Positions 46,101 to 56,280 of a stretch of DNA of 64,000 bases are shown in pieces (within the stretch, counting starts at the first letter, position 1; each line of letters opens with the position of its first letter). Origin of the DNA: a virus. The notes beneath the pieces are model-generated. The model saw only the letters and a list, made by a program, of their open reading frames with translations. It did not search any database and had not been told where the DNA came from. The DNA lies in the IMG/VR virus record IMGVR_UViG_3300005663_000028, positions 32,001 to 96,000 of that record. One strand, given 5' to 3'. The translations under genes and the position numbers were made by a program.

Positions 46101-47466
46101 TCAGTTTGAGCTAGACATAGCAGTGAGGCCAGGAACTCAGGCTAGATTCTTAGAGCAACAGCTTCAACGTGTAGGAGTTTCTACTGGAGGTAGGGGAGGA
46201 CCAGTTAGAGAAGCAAGGGGTAGTATTGCTGAATTAGACTTGATAAGACGAGAAAGGGAGACTAGAGGTGCCGTTGGGGTTCCAGGTTTGCTTCCGACCC
46301 CAGAAGAAGGATTTTTTCAAGGTCCGGGGCAAAGACTTGCGGACATTGTTGGGGATGAGAGAATTAGGGCTCAACTTAGAGATCAATTCAAAGAACTGAT
46401 TACAGAATCTTCTGTTCTCAAAAGAGAATTATCAAACCTTAAACCAGGGTCGATAGATTTTATAAAAGCGTCTGAAGATTTGAGAGAACTGTCTCGTTCT
46501 ACGATCGAATTGCAAACAGCTATGGAGGCTGCTAGCCAGGCAACGCAACAATCATTGGAGATAGAAAAAAGAACACTGACACTACAACAAGGGTTGGAGA
46601 CTGCTCAAGCACAGGCTCGCGGGGCAGAATTGGTGAGACAGGGTCGCATTACACCGTTACAGGCAGATAGAAGAGCTTTCGATCTAACTCAGAGACAAGC
46701 TGAGGAACAGCGGGCTTTGCAAGATAAGTTTGATGGTATTATTGAGAAAGATAATGCATTGCGTGCAGACTTAGCCAAAACCATCAGTATCAATACCAAA
46801 AGTCAAGCAGAAATTGTTGGTGAATTTAGTATGTCTACAAATATTTTCTCCGAAGCTACACGAATTCAATTTTCTGCTGCTGAACTTATGGCGAAAAACA
46901 TCAGTGACTTTGGTCAACGCATTACAAGTACAGCCGATCTTACCGCTGGGTCTCCACCTACAACGTTCGGTGGGTTCGGTCCTGCTGCTGCGTCAAGACC
47001 TGTTGAAGAAATATCACAACAATCGACTAGTAACACGAATGAGAAAATACAAGAAAATACAAATGCACAGCGACAATCATTGGAAGTTCTTAAAGCTATT
47101 TTCAGTAGACAACAAGAGCTTCTTTCAAGAGACTTACCTCCGGAGGATGTTCGGGCCGCTGGAAGAAAAGTGGGCGATATTGAATTCTCTCAGGAAGCTA
47201 TAGAAAATCTTGCGGAAAAAATTGAAAATCTTGAAACCGCGATCAGAGAACCAAGTGAAATCAAACTAGTATCCGATCAGCGTGTAGAAATAGACCTCTC
47301 TACTCTTCCATCGGATGTAGTAAATGAGGTACGACCAATATTCGAAGAAGCTGCCCTGAAAACTGCGTCTATAGTAACCAGAAAAGCTTTGGAAAGCCTA
47401 GCCGCTAACAGCCAGGACTCCGAGATATCAATAGCAGCGACCAATACCGCACAGGAGTTAGTTTAA
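43150..47466 (+). CDS. tape measure protein
   Basis: 1438 aa, Ala/Gly/Leu-rich helical; TP901-like core (TGTSAKEIAEAAKLLAQAG, SSVGTSLKT). Confidence 0.9.
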   Translation: MAQPFILDVILQIQKLDGLDVVKQQLAGIQVGGIGQTGKLAKGLKNVGIQASTAAIHVARGANVTIKMGNAAKKTGSQLKGAGKAAKGFGDQILLAGKRYGAFLGATVVAFKAFQLIGSGTRAVIEFDQAIVSLSQILDKPIDQLQELSKQFLDLSVTTGTSAKEIAEAAKLLAQAGFRGSELTEAISQLAKVPLTPIFENMDQAVDGAIAALRQFSDEGLTVESVFDKIINVSNKYAASFPDIIEGLKRGGSAFQAIGGTLDEFIAAFTTIRSVTRESASSVGTSLKTLSSRLADPKIIKFLETKNIRVLEEGQFVGPLEAIRRIGDGLERQTTIQDKINIATKLGGRRQISRFLAVAQNAEKTDRILEDAKNSSGAFSKVADQGLQAIGKQIDILVAKAQKLAIDLGADLFIPFIEGLTGAAEGAIALLGALKPILPLISKIGAVLAGGAIIKGLGSFIGPRLGQLAGPAAFAAAGGGRKGISAGIGASPFAQAGLLIAASETAAALVRTADGADSFTASLISSIGAITAAIALFRGQTIAQFATGGGLFKNLGKLGKLGALAGTAATIGTIALPLIIGKAQDSAQELTDRIIESARKAISNISLDAEGPNQVSDILGNLYQEVGKGIQEFIKSADPLQDPSLSKSLAGIGRALSGLFEGDFEAVFGPEGSASSRGGLSSKQIQKKIEELIGSRPKLVEGLIDSVAQTLIDTGKTKRVRGNARQSLITQTIASGRTPEAASVLVDAIIKAAGGLDKFNDGVRNNINTIQTENIAREKTVALMRNFIPTKVVGQLLSFSKAVDKTTRIINTSAKLFQSQIAEIAGGIRAPKLDFDFGSQQVENLIKGGGLKDLFAFTPDIPSFVGAFDDIDSLLSRFITSVSDLPTGLDFNVEDIVDQFFKLENIPAVLKDKFADFFDTTAQDIRNVAEGKFISADEIKQRFQKEFENLGVGTTDAVVESVVQFMNSTFTQIEDELNRLATVRQFELDIAVRPGTQARFLEQQLQRVGVSTGGRGGPVREARGSIAELDLIRRERETRGAVGVPGLLPTPEEGFFQGPGQRLADIVGDERIRAQLRDQFKELITESSVLKRELSNLKPGSIDFIKASEDLRELSRSTIELQTAMEAASQATQQSLEIEKRTLTLQQGLETAQAQARGAELVRQGRITPLQADRRAFDLTQRQAEEQRALQDKFDGIIEKDNALRADLAKTISINTKSQAEIVGEFSMSTNIFSEATRIQFSAAELMAKNISDFGQRITSTADLTAGSPPTTFGGFGPAAASRPVEEISQQSTSNTNEKIQENTNAQRQSLEVLKAIFSRQQELLSRDLPPEDVRAAGRKVGDIEFSQEAIENLAEKIENLETAIREPSEIKLVSDQRVEIDLSTLPSDVVNEVRPIFEEAALKTASIVTRKALESLAANSQDSEISIAATNTAQELV

Positions 47467-49301
47467 TGTCTCTTATAAGAAACAGTGATGTTTTATGGTA
47501 TCATCCCTTGGATGATTTCACTGAATACATTAAGGATCATGTTTGGGATTTTTCTACAGGAAACGTGTTGTTTTCTGGAGGCATTATTCTTAGCGGATAC
47601 ACTAGAGATTCTACCTCTTTAACTGAAACCTCTTTGCTGGAAGACCTTGCTGGTGCGGGTTATACTGATATAGATGGAGGAACTTCTCTGACAATTTGTT
47701 TTTGGGCTAGCGGTTTTTATGAGAATAACAGCTACACCAGGTCTATAACTCCAGGGTGGACAAGTGCGAATATTACAAAGAATGGTGTAGGTCTCTGGAA
47801 GTCTAATAGCAATGTTTTAAGCGTTAGGTTAAGAAGAAACAACTTTGAGGTTTCCAACTTAACCGTACCCATTAAGCCAACAGATAGTGGTTGGAATTTT
47901 GCGGTACTCAACGTAACAAAAGAAGGTGTTGATTGGAGAAGTCGTGTTAGTTTTAATGGTTCTGGGTGGCAAGACCTGGGGACCGGTGAGAGCAACGCAG
48001 CATTCAGTAGTAATTCAAGAATGAAACTAGAGATGAACGATACTTCGGATGAAAGATTTGTCATAGACGAAGTGGTGACATGGAAAGATACTGATCTTTT
48101 TACTAGTACCGAATTATCCAATCTATATGAATTGGCCAACACATATGATCTATCCATGGATCAATATACTAATACATTCGGAACTCCCATCAGTAGTGGT
48201 ATAAGTTGTTTCATACACGGCTCAGCACAAGTGGAGGGAAGTGCGACGTTATTTATATCTGCACAGACTGTAAATCAATCAGCTAATTTATCGATCGAAG
48301 GTCATGTGCATACTTCAGGAAATAGTAGTCTATACATCGAGGGTGGACTCAGGACTTCCAGTCAGTCATCGACTTTGTGGATCAAGGGTCGTGAACAGAT
48401 TTCAGGAAATAGTACCCTGTTCATCGAAGGGGCTGCCATCCCAGTGTCGGGTAGTGCCGATCTATTTATGCACGGCTTGACAATCACTTCGGGGTCTGCT
48501 AGTTTGTACATAACAGGCCCTGTTCTGTCTAGCGACAATGCCGATTGTTTTATTAATGGTTTTGCGATAGCTTCAGGTACTAGTACGCTGTATATAAAGG
48601 GACAATTCCCAAACATAGATGCCATCGTCTCTGTTGTTGCGAATACGCCTACAATTAACGCTAACTTATTCATATACGGTACTCCTTCTGGTGAAAGTCA
48701 GACATTTTTTACCAACAACAATGCTACTCTTTTTATTAAGGACGATGGGAGTGACACTACTGTTGATGTTTCTGTATCATCTTTTGTTAAAGTGGCAGAT
48801 GCCATTGCCGTTGAGATTAGTGGAACATGGTCATCTTTTGTAAAGGTTGGGAATATCTCTAGTCTCAGCACTGATTTTTACATTAATGCCCATGCTTCCG
48901 GAAGCAATCCACATGGCGTTCAAGTGTCAACTTCTGAGACTTTGTTTGTCGCAGGGTTTGGTAATACATTAGATGATGGTTATTTTGTTTCTATCTTAGA
49001 TGTTGATGTTTTTACCAGGGTACATTTGGGTTCGAATGGATCATTAGATATGTATGTTTCTGGAGTATTAGGAGTTGTTCAGACCTCTGCCGAATCAAAT
49101 TTGTATACGTTTGGTATTCAAGGTATTCAATCGGGGTCTAAATCGCTATATGTCATAGGAAATAACATCTATGACGACTCATTTAGTCTTTTTGTATTCG
49201 GTATTCAAGGTGTGTTTTCAGGAAGTGTGCCGTTATATCTTGAGGTAACTAATATAGGCTTATTCGATCAAGATACAACATTGTACGCCCATGGGTTCTA
49301 A
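47466..49301 (+). CDS. virion fibre-like protein (LamG-like domain + 14-aa shaft repeats)
   Basis: WYHPLDD...IDEVVTW domain then SGxxxL[FY]IxG repeats. Confidence 0.6.
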   Translation: MSLIRNSDVLWYHPLDDFTEYIKDHVWDFSTGNVLFSGGIILSGYTRDSTSLTETSLLEDLAGAGYTDIDGGTSLTICFWASGFYENNSYTRSITPGWTSANITKNGVGLWKSNSNVLSVRLRRNNFEVSNLTVPIKPTDSGWNFAVLNVTKEGVDWRSRVSFNGSGWQDLGTGESNAAFSSNSRMKLEMNDTSDERFVIDEVVTWKDTDLFTSTELSNLYELANTYDLSMDQYTNTFGTPISSGISCFIHGSAQVEGSATLFISAQTVNQSANLSIEGHVHTSGNSSLYIEGGLRTSSQSSTLWIKGREQISGNSTLFIEGAAIPVSGSADLFMHGLTITSGSASLYITGPVLSSDNADCFINGFAIASGTSTLYIKGQFPNIDAIVSVVANTPTINANLFIYGTPSGESQTFFTNNNATLFIKDDGSDTTVDVSVSSFVKVADAIAVEISGTWSSFVKVGNISSLSTDFYINAHASGSNPHGVQVSTSETLFVAGFGNTLDDGYFVSILDVDVFTRVHLGSNGSLDMYVSGVLGVVQTSAESNLYTFGIQGIQSGSKSLYVIGNNIYDDSFSLFVFGIQGVFSGSVPLYLEVTNIGLFDQDTTLYAHGF

Positions 49302-49303
49302 AA

Positions 49304-50017
49304 ATGAAAAATAAACAATGTAAAAGATGGACTGATATGGAGATTCAAATATTAAAAATTCATTACCCTAATGGTGGGATAAAGGATTGTACTGAGAGGC
49401 TCAGCAGAACTGCTAATGCCATCAAAATTAAAGCTATGCAATTGGGAGTATCAACATATGGCATTCAGGGATGTAAAAAGAGATTGGTGATAGAGGAACT
49501 TGATAACAACAAAGTTATTGCTACTTGTCCTACACATGGGGATGTTTATCACTACAGCAAGAACCAAAGATTTAGATGTATTAAATGTGAGGCTGATAAT
49601 TTCAGTAAATGGTCTAAGAAGTCATCATCTAAAACAAAAATGAGAGCATCACGGAGAATAAGAATGCGAAAACCAATTAAAATGTACGAGAATAGATTGA
49701 GAAGCTCTTTGCATCATTGTTTTGTCGGCCATGTTAGCTTCACGAAACACCTACCATATTCAAGTCAGGAATTGCACAATCATTTAGAGTCCATAAAACT
49801 GAAACAGAACAATAAGTGTCCAATGTGTAGCGATGATTATAACAATACTGGATTCGATATTGATCATATTATCCCAACATCCTCTGCTACGAATGATTGG
49901 GATATGTTGGAATTGTTCAGTTTGAAAAATTTATCACTACTATGTCCCAGATGTAATAGATTTGTTAAGAGAGACAAGATGCCACTTGATCTGAAAGAGG
50001 TGAATAAATGTCAGTAA
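49304..50017 (+). mobile_element. HNH endonuclease with N-terminal HTH/Myb-like domain
   Basis: WTDMEIQIL...; CPMC...DIDHIIP...NLSLLCPRCN. Confidence 0.8.
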
Positions 50018-51675
50018 TTTATACTAGATCAGATAGCATAGGTCGCAAGATTGTGCCTGCTCCATTAGTAACCATGAACAAAAGTTATGACACCGATGGG
50101 GATGGTACTAAGCGGGGTTCTGCCTACAAGATTACACTCACCGGTACCCTTATACCGTTTAGAGGCTCTCCAAGTGGATCATATTCATCATTAAATCAAG
50201 CCTTCTGGACTTTAAGTGGTGATCCGCCAGACGAAACATATGAGGAGAATAACGAAGATTTCAATCATATTCTTCGTAAACAAGAAGCTCTTAGGTGGTT
50301 ATTCAGTGAAGATGGTGGAGTGTTGGAGTGGCAACCATCTAATGGTCAACCGCCTATTAAATGTTACCCAAGAGTTGTGTCTATCAATTTCCCAGAAGGG
50401 CAGTGGGCAGATAGGGGTGAGTATACTGTTGAACTGGAAGCACCGTGGGTGTATATTAATGGTTCTGTTGAACTTGAAGATGATACGTCTACTGACTTGA
50501 TCTCTTCTTCTTCTGAAACATGGTCATTTGAAGATATTACTGGCAGAGAGAATAAACAATACAGAGTAACTCACGAAGTTTCCGCCGATGGGAAATTAGG
50601 TTATGATGGTGCTGGATCGCTGTATGAAAATAAAAATGCATGGGAACATGCCAAAGATTTTGTAGATACGAGAGTTAGTGGTTCTATTAATTCTGATACT
50701 ATGTTTGCCGCTCTCGGTGCTTCCGATAAGATTGCGGGTAGTTACAGCAATGTCGTTAATATAGATCAAGCTGGGGGTACATATGGAGTAACAGAAGAGT
50801 GGCTAGTATCAGACCTGAGTACCTATGAAGAACGACAGTTCACTGTTGATTATGACCAAAGCCAGGATGAATATAGCGTAACATATCAGGGCAAAATAGA
50901 AGGTGTTTCTTTAGATAGTCTTGCTGGGAATGTGTCTGATCTTAATCAGGCGAAAGCTGCTGTACCAAATGTTGAAACGGCACGTATAACGGCTATATCG
51001 TATGTTGGTTCTTTTATTGGCGATAAGACATTACCCATTTCTCCAGATAAGCGAACCTTCTCATTAAATCAACAGGATGGTACTGTAGACTTCACATATA
51101 TATGGAATACATCAGACAGTAGTATAGTATTTATCACAGATACCGCCCAACATTCTTACTCATTAGATAATTCTCTTAATACATTAACATTCTCACAGAA
51201 TATAGAGGGTAAAGGTGAAACCTCAACAGTAAGATTAGCTAATGCAAAAAGTGCGGTTTACAGCAGTAGCGAGGCTTTAGGTTTAGCTAAGACGCTTGCG
51301 GGTACTAGTCTGAGCTACAATTTAGTTTCTATTGTAAAAGCTTTTGATGAGCGACAAGGAACAGTAAGGTCTACTTGGACATGGACAGACAAGGATGCTC
51401 ATAGCACAGAGATCAGTATCCAGACACAGGAAGCGGTTGCGGTTGTTGTAACAATCCCTATTCCTGGTCGTGCTACTGGCCCTATTATTCAAAACATGGG
51501 AACAAAAAATTCAGAAATAATTACCGTAACAATAAGGTCTAAAAGAAATACTAGTCAACCAACCTTAGCAACAGAACCATACGGAGAAAGTGGTACCATT
51601 ATTGGTGATTCAAATACGTGGAATCCTCAAACTGGCGCAGCCGAAAGAACCACACGTTTTTTAAAGGAGACATAA
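50008..51675 (+). CDS. putative distal tail / tail-tip protein
   Basis: Position after tape measure; beta-rich. Confidence 0.5.
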   Translation: MSVIYTRSDSIGRKIVPAPLVTMNKSYDTDGDGTKRGSAYKITLTGTLIPFRGSPSGSYSSLNQAFWTLSGDPPDETYEENNEDFNHILRKQEALRWLFSEDGGVLEWQPSNGQPPIKCYPRVVSINFPEGQWADRGEYTVELEAPWVYINGSVELEDDTSTDLISSSSETWSFEDITGRENKQYRVTHEVSADGKLGYDGAGSLYENKNAWEHAKDFVDTRVSGSINSDTMFAALGASDKIAGSYSNVVNIDQAGGTYGVTEEWLVSDLSTYEERQFTVDYDQSQDEYSVTYQGKIEGVSLDSLAGNVSDLNQAKAAVPNVETARITAISYVGSFIGDKTLPISPDKRTFSLNQQDGTVDFTYIWNTSDSSIVFITDTAQHSYSLDNSLNTLTFSQNIEGKGETSTVRLANAKSAVYSSSEALGLAKTLAGTSLSYNLVSIVKAFDERQGTVRSTWTWTDKDAHSTEISIQTQEAVAVVVTIPIPGRATGPIIQNMGTKNSEIITVTIRSKRNTSQPTLATEPYGESGTIIGDSNTWNPQTGAAERTTRFLKET

Positions 51676-54429
51676 ATGACTGCGACACCTGTTACACCTT
51701 ATTTATTATTCAATGGTTCGATTAGAACCATAAATACAGCATTGGGTATCAATCAGAATCCTACAGTTGTTACGACTACTGTCGTAGAAGATTCTACCCC
51801 CGTGTCTGTGACCAATAGACAGTTTGTTCACATATCCATTGGTAAATTTGATTTTCGTGGAATAGTTCAATCCTGGTCACAGGCTGTCACTGACATTGCT
51901 GGTACTGGAATCTATAATATTCGTATTACCGACACCAAACCTGTCCTTGACGCTGCTCAGGTGATAATCGGTTCTTCTTTCAACGAAGCTAGAACACAAG
52001 CCTATGCTTATGGAGATAATGTTATTCCTATAGTATTCCAAACAGCGTCTCAGAAAAATGATGGAATTCCATTCAGTGTCTTGCAAACCGCCATAGAAGG
52101 TGCGCAAATCAAGTATGGAAGCGAAGTATATACAGTTAATTTCAATTTCACTCTTCCCAATAGGGGTAGTAGTGTTGAGTATTCGCTTAAAAGCAGAGCT
52201 ATGTCTCTTCTTGAGTTGATATCCCAGGCAGCTAACGACAATGGACTCGATTGGTATGTAACGACATCTGCTAACAAGGTTATTTCTGTCAATATGTTCG
52301 GAAGAACCAATGTTACATCTATAACCATAGATCAACTAGCAGCATTGCACCAAGATGCAGTTATCCGCAGGCACCAAGGTCAAGAAAATAGAGATGCAAT
52401 TCAAAAAGTGGTTTTGACAGGTGGATACCGTACTTACTTACACAAGGTCGACGGTTCTTTATGGGAACAGTTTTGGGGTTTCGATGAATATGGACGTAAA
52501 AGAAGAGAACCTCTGTATTCAGAAACGGTTATGGAACAAGTCATTAACAACGATTTCACTAGCGAAGATTATAAAGAAGAGGATGTCCAGAAGATCTTGT
52601 CTTATGCTAATGAATTCTGGGGCAGAAAATTTATAGGTTTGATCACACCGCCTACTGTAATTGGTTCTGACGGACGTTCTTGGGTAACGCCAACGAGTGC
52701 TGCATGGTATGAATCCGATGATAGTCCCTTAGATTATGACGACACAGATTTGCTTGACAGAGATGGTCAATTAAAGTTCCAAACGGAAGATGGTCGATGG
52801 GTTACATTTGCTGCTTTGCCTTTGCCGGGGACAAGATACTCTACAAAGAATGTTAAATTGAATTATCAATGGGATGATGAACTATTCTCCAATCCGAATA
52901 GTCACATAGACAAGAATGGTAATATTTCCATTAAAGCGTCTTCAGAAATTATAGATGGATTTGATGAGATGGAATATTGGTTAGAACAATTTATCATCTA
53001 TCTGCTTAATCTAGATGATGATGAATTTATCAGTCTTGCATGGGCCTTGTCGCAATTCTTTTTGTTAAATCCTGAGATATCTATTGTTGTTCGCTTAGAT
53101 TTTCTACGACTAATCAATTCCAATGCAGATACGATTATTGCTATTGCTGAGGGAGATTTAATATATACAGATGCTGTCAAGAACAGCATTCAAGAAGGAT
53201 TTAGTGATCAATATTTTGTACTTACACTAGCAACCCCACTACGCGTTAGAACAATAACTAAAGAAACTATCATCAATGAAACCACAGGTTTCAATGAACA
53301 ATCAGATGTTATCACTAAAACAAGACTTACAAATATAGAAAATGCATTTTTGGCATTGCTAGACCAAAGAGAGACGTATGGACCATGGCAAAATCGACAG
53401 AATTCTCAAGGAAGAACAGAGGTAATAATAGATTCTTCTCTTACCCCATGGAGCTTTGGTTTTAGAGGTATTATTAATTCTACTGGTATAGATATAATGA
53501 ATGAAGTAGCCCTAGGCAGAATTAAAACTGTTTTGGATATATCTCTGGATGCAGCTACAGCAGAGCTTGAAGTAGCTGGGTTACCGGCGGTAAATATAGG
53601 AGATCAGCTACAAACTACAGGCACTATTACTGCGATTGGTATCGTTTTCGGTATCAACGGGATTAAAACAACCTATAGATCGCTGCAACATACTACTGAG
53701 TTGTCTAAATATTTGAGACAACAACAACGACTATTAGATAAGCTTCGTCGCCAAGCTGCTGAGTTCAATAATACTATGCAACCAATACAGGATATTTGGG
53801 AAACAGACAGAGTTATTAGAACGCTCAAAAAAGAATTGCCAGAACCTCCTGTCGATGTGAGTACTGAGGGAAATAGGAGACAGGCGGGAACTTTACTGGG
53901 CAGAATTGAGTCCAGAGTTAGTAACACAGAACCTAAATATAATATCACGCCTATGGTGTGGGTTGCAGATATTTTTGGAGAACTAACACTAGTCAGAGAC
54001 CCAAAGGTTTTTGGGATATATACAAGAGTAGTAAACATGAGTGAAAAGCAAACTTCGGCAGGCAGGCTTTTGGTTGGTACAGACGTACAGGTTAGAGAAT
54101 TTTTTACTACAGATGGTGGAATTACATCATATTACATGGAAGTATCTGCGCCACCTCCACCAAGTTTTTCAGCTACGATCAATCAGGTTGTAAGTAATTC
54201 CCAGCCAAGATATAAGGTAACACCGATATCTAATTCGGTGCAACAATTACACCTACTGGCAAGTGAATTAAATGCTCTTAACTCTGTGCTCAACATAGGA
54301 GAACCAGAAAATTTTACGGGGTACTTGAGTATCAATTCACAAGTAACCATTAATTGGAATGAAAACGATAATGGATCGTACACACCTTTTATTGAGCAAC
54401 AAGTGAACTTCTTTAAGCCACTTGATTAA
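51676..54429 (+). CDS. putative tail-tip hub protein
   Basis: 917 aa; hub-like SLLELISQAANDNGLDWYV segment. Confidence 0.5.
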   Translation: MTATPVTPYLLFNGSIRTINTALGINQNPTVVTTTVVEDSTPVSVTNRQFVHISIGKFDFRGIVQSWSQAVTDIAGTGIYNIRITDTKPVLDAAQVIIGSSFNEARTQAYAYGDNVIPIVFQTASQKNDGIPFSVLQTAIEGAQIKYGSEVYTVNFNFTLPNRGSSVEYSLKSRAMSLLELISQAANDNGLDWYVTTSANKVISVNMFGRTNVTSITIDQLAALHQDAVIRRHQGQENRDAIQKVVLTGGYRTYLHKVDGSLWEQFWGFDEYGRKRREPLYSETVMEQVINNDFTSEDYKEEDVQKILSYANEFWGRKFIGLITPPTVIGSDGRSWVTPTSAAWYESDDSPLDYDDTDLLDRDGQLKFQTEDGRWVTFAALPLPGTRYSTKNVKLNYQWDDELFSNPNSHIDKNGNISIKASSEIIDGFDEMEYWLEQFIIYLLNLDDDEFISLAWALSQFFLLNPEISIVVRLDFLRLINSNADTIIAIAEGDLIYTDAVKNSIQEGFSDQYFVLTLATPLRVRTITKETIINETTGFNEQSDVITKTRLTNIENAFLALLDQRETYGPWQNRQNSQGRTEVIIDSSLTPWSFGFRGIINSTGIDIMNEVALGRIKTVLDISLDAATAELEVAGLPAVNIGDQLQTTGTITAIGIVFGINGIKTTYRSLQHTTELSKYLRQQQRLLDKLRRQAAEFNNTMQPIQDIWETDRVIRTLKKELPEPPVDVSTEGNRRQAGTLLGRIESRVSNTEPKYNITPMVWVADIFGELTLVRDPKVFGIYTRVVNMSEKQTSAGRLLVGTDVQVREFFTTDGGITSYYMEVSAPPPPSFSATINQVVSNSQPRYKVTPISNSVQQLHLLASELNALNSVLNIGEPENFTGYLSINSQVTINWNENDNGSYTPFIEQQVNFFKPLD

Positions 54430-54440
54430 AGGAATTTGAC

Positions 54441-55544
54441 ATGGCAAGAGTAGGACCAAATCAAGACATCAATGATCCGACAACCATAATAGATGTTGCC
54501 TATCAGTATCAACAACAGAGTAATGATTTTGGTGACTTGTTGGCACAATCATTGTCGCAAAATCCCAATGCAACTGGTGATCCTATAGTTGATATCGTTA
54601 TTCCACTTAGGATGGAAGATGGTTCTACACAATTTATTAGGGGGGTAGATATCAGTTTTTCTGATAATGTGCATTCATATGACACAACATTGGTTGCTAG
54701 TGCTAATATACTTACATATATTGATCTAGCTGAGCGATTCAGAGAGTACTGGAATACATTGAACAATGTCGTTGATCAGGTAAATGACTTTGATTATACG
54801 ATAGAAACAACCATAGACCCAATAGGTCCAACAGTCAGTCACCCAGGAACTGGACAAACAAGAACCCATGGTTCTCTTGGTGGTACGGAGTATAATGAGT
54901 ATTCTTATACATATTCTCCTTTAGTATCTTTATCAGAACCTACATGGCACGGTTTCGGACCTACGGATTATAATCAAATAACATATCCAGAACTTTTGAG
55001 TCAACTATCTATTATTAATTTAACTAGAAGTTTGTCTTCCCTGATAACGTGGGAAACAAATTATTGGTATGATAAATTTAGTGACTCGTCTGGTAGTTTA
55101 AGAAGTGGGAGTGCAAGGTTTACTAAACACGAACAATATGCACCTCCAATTTCTCAGCAATATATACAATTTTATAACTCTGGAGATATAACCATTACTA
55201 TTTCTATTTCCATGAGTATTGTTTCTACGTTCGATACTCGCTTTGCTGCTAGTATTGCTTCTTGGGCCGAAATAGATGATCTAAATGTTTATCCAAATCC
55301 ATTTGCAGGAACCAAATCTTTATTATCTTCATATATTATCCAGAGTCAAGAATTATTATCTCCTGGTGGTACGATATCTCTTAGCGATACAAGAGATGTA
55401 GATATTCCTCCTGGTAAATCCGCTTTTGTAGGGTGTTTCGGGAGTAGTGGTACTACTTTTGGAGGGGTAGCAACTGTTGGTACAATAAGCGTTTCACTGA
55501 CATTAGAGGATGAAACAATAACCCATGCAGTAAGCGTGGTCTAG
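54441..55544 (+). CDS. putative virion protein
   Basis: Ser/Thr-rich, RBS AAGGA, tail-tip operon. Confidence 0.45.
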   Translation: MARVGPNQDINDPTTIIDVAYQYQQQSNDFGDLLAQSLSQNPNATGDPIVDIVIPLRMEDGSTQFIRGVDISFSDNVHSYDTTLVASANILTYIDLAERFREYWNTLNNVVDQVNDFDYTIETTIDPIGPTVSHPGTGQTRTHGSLGGTEYNEYSYTYSPLVSLSEPTWHGFGPTDYNQITYPELLSQLSIINLTRSLSSLITWETNYWYDKFSDSSGSLRSGSARFTKHEQYAPPISQQYIQFYNSGDITITISISMSIVSTFDTRFAASIASWAEIDDLNVYPNPFAGTKSLLSSYIIQSQELLSPGGTISLSDTRDVDIPPGKSAFVGCFGSSGTTFGGVATVGTISVSLTLEDETITHAVSVV

Positions 55545-55548
55545 AAAT

Positions 55549-55557
55549 GGTGTATAA
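55549..55557 (+). promoter_or_regulatory. GGTGTATAA motif
   Basis: Exact copy. Confidence 0.65.
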
Positions 55558-55581
55558 ACAAGTGAATGGAAGGAGTGAACA

Positions 55582-56196
55582 ATGTCAACAATTAATGTAT
55601 ATGTAGCCGAGACCGATGTCAAAATAGATATAGGTGAAGCTCTGGGATTCTATGGGGGTGCAGGATTCGGTAGTCCCTTATCTCTGAATGAAGCCAACGG
55701 ACGCACTTTTATCACAGATGTTGCTGGCACTATTGCAAAAGAGGAGTGTGATAATTGCCGAAAAAACTCATCTTCAGGTGTTATTATAGGTCAGACGGGT
55801 GACGGAATCAGTTTATTGAATTTACCCAATTATTTAACAACAATAAATTTACGCTTTACACATCCAACTGCCGTTTTAATTCAAAATGCTCGCTTAATAG
55901 CCTTCGACGGGACTACCCTTACGGCTGCTCCGACAGGTCTGAACATATATGGCGCAGAAACTATCCACACCAGTAGGCTACAAACAAATACAGGTACTGG
56001 CGACTCCACATGGACTCTTATGGAAGGATCGAGTTCGTCTCTTAATCTGGTTGATTCTCCAGGTATCTCCGGTATTAGCCCTCTAGGACCAGCGAGCGCG
56101 GATACAAGACATGACTGGTACGTTGCCCTATCTGTTATTCCCACAATTCCTGGCGACCGAAATTTTAGCTTCCGTGCGGACCTCGAATATATTTAG
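55582..56196 (+). CDS. virion protein, paralog of 57150..57785
   Basis: Shares QNxxLxxFDxTT, DTRHDWY and terminal LEY[IL]. Confidence 0.6.
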   Translation: MSTINVYVAETDVKIDIGEALGFYGGAGFGSPLSLNEANGRTFITDVAGTIAKEECDNCRKNSSSGVIIGQTGDGISLLNLPNYLTTINLRFTHPTAVLIQNARLIAFDGTTLTAAPTGLNIYGAETIHTSRLQTNTGTGDSTWTLMEGSSSSLNLVDSPGISGISPLGPASADTRHDWYVALSVIPTIPGDRNFSFRADLEYI

Positions 56197-56211
56197 CAAT
56201 CAATTCTCTTT

Positions 56212-56220
56212 GGTGTATAA
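56212..56220 (+). promoter_or_regulatory. GGTGTATAA motif
   Basis: Exact copy upstream of HNH. Confidence 0.65.
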
Positions 56221-56280
56221 ACCATTAGAGGCGGTAATGAATTATCGTCCAAAGCGGTTTGACACCAAGGGATATTTGAG

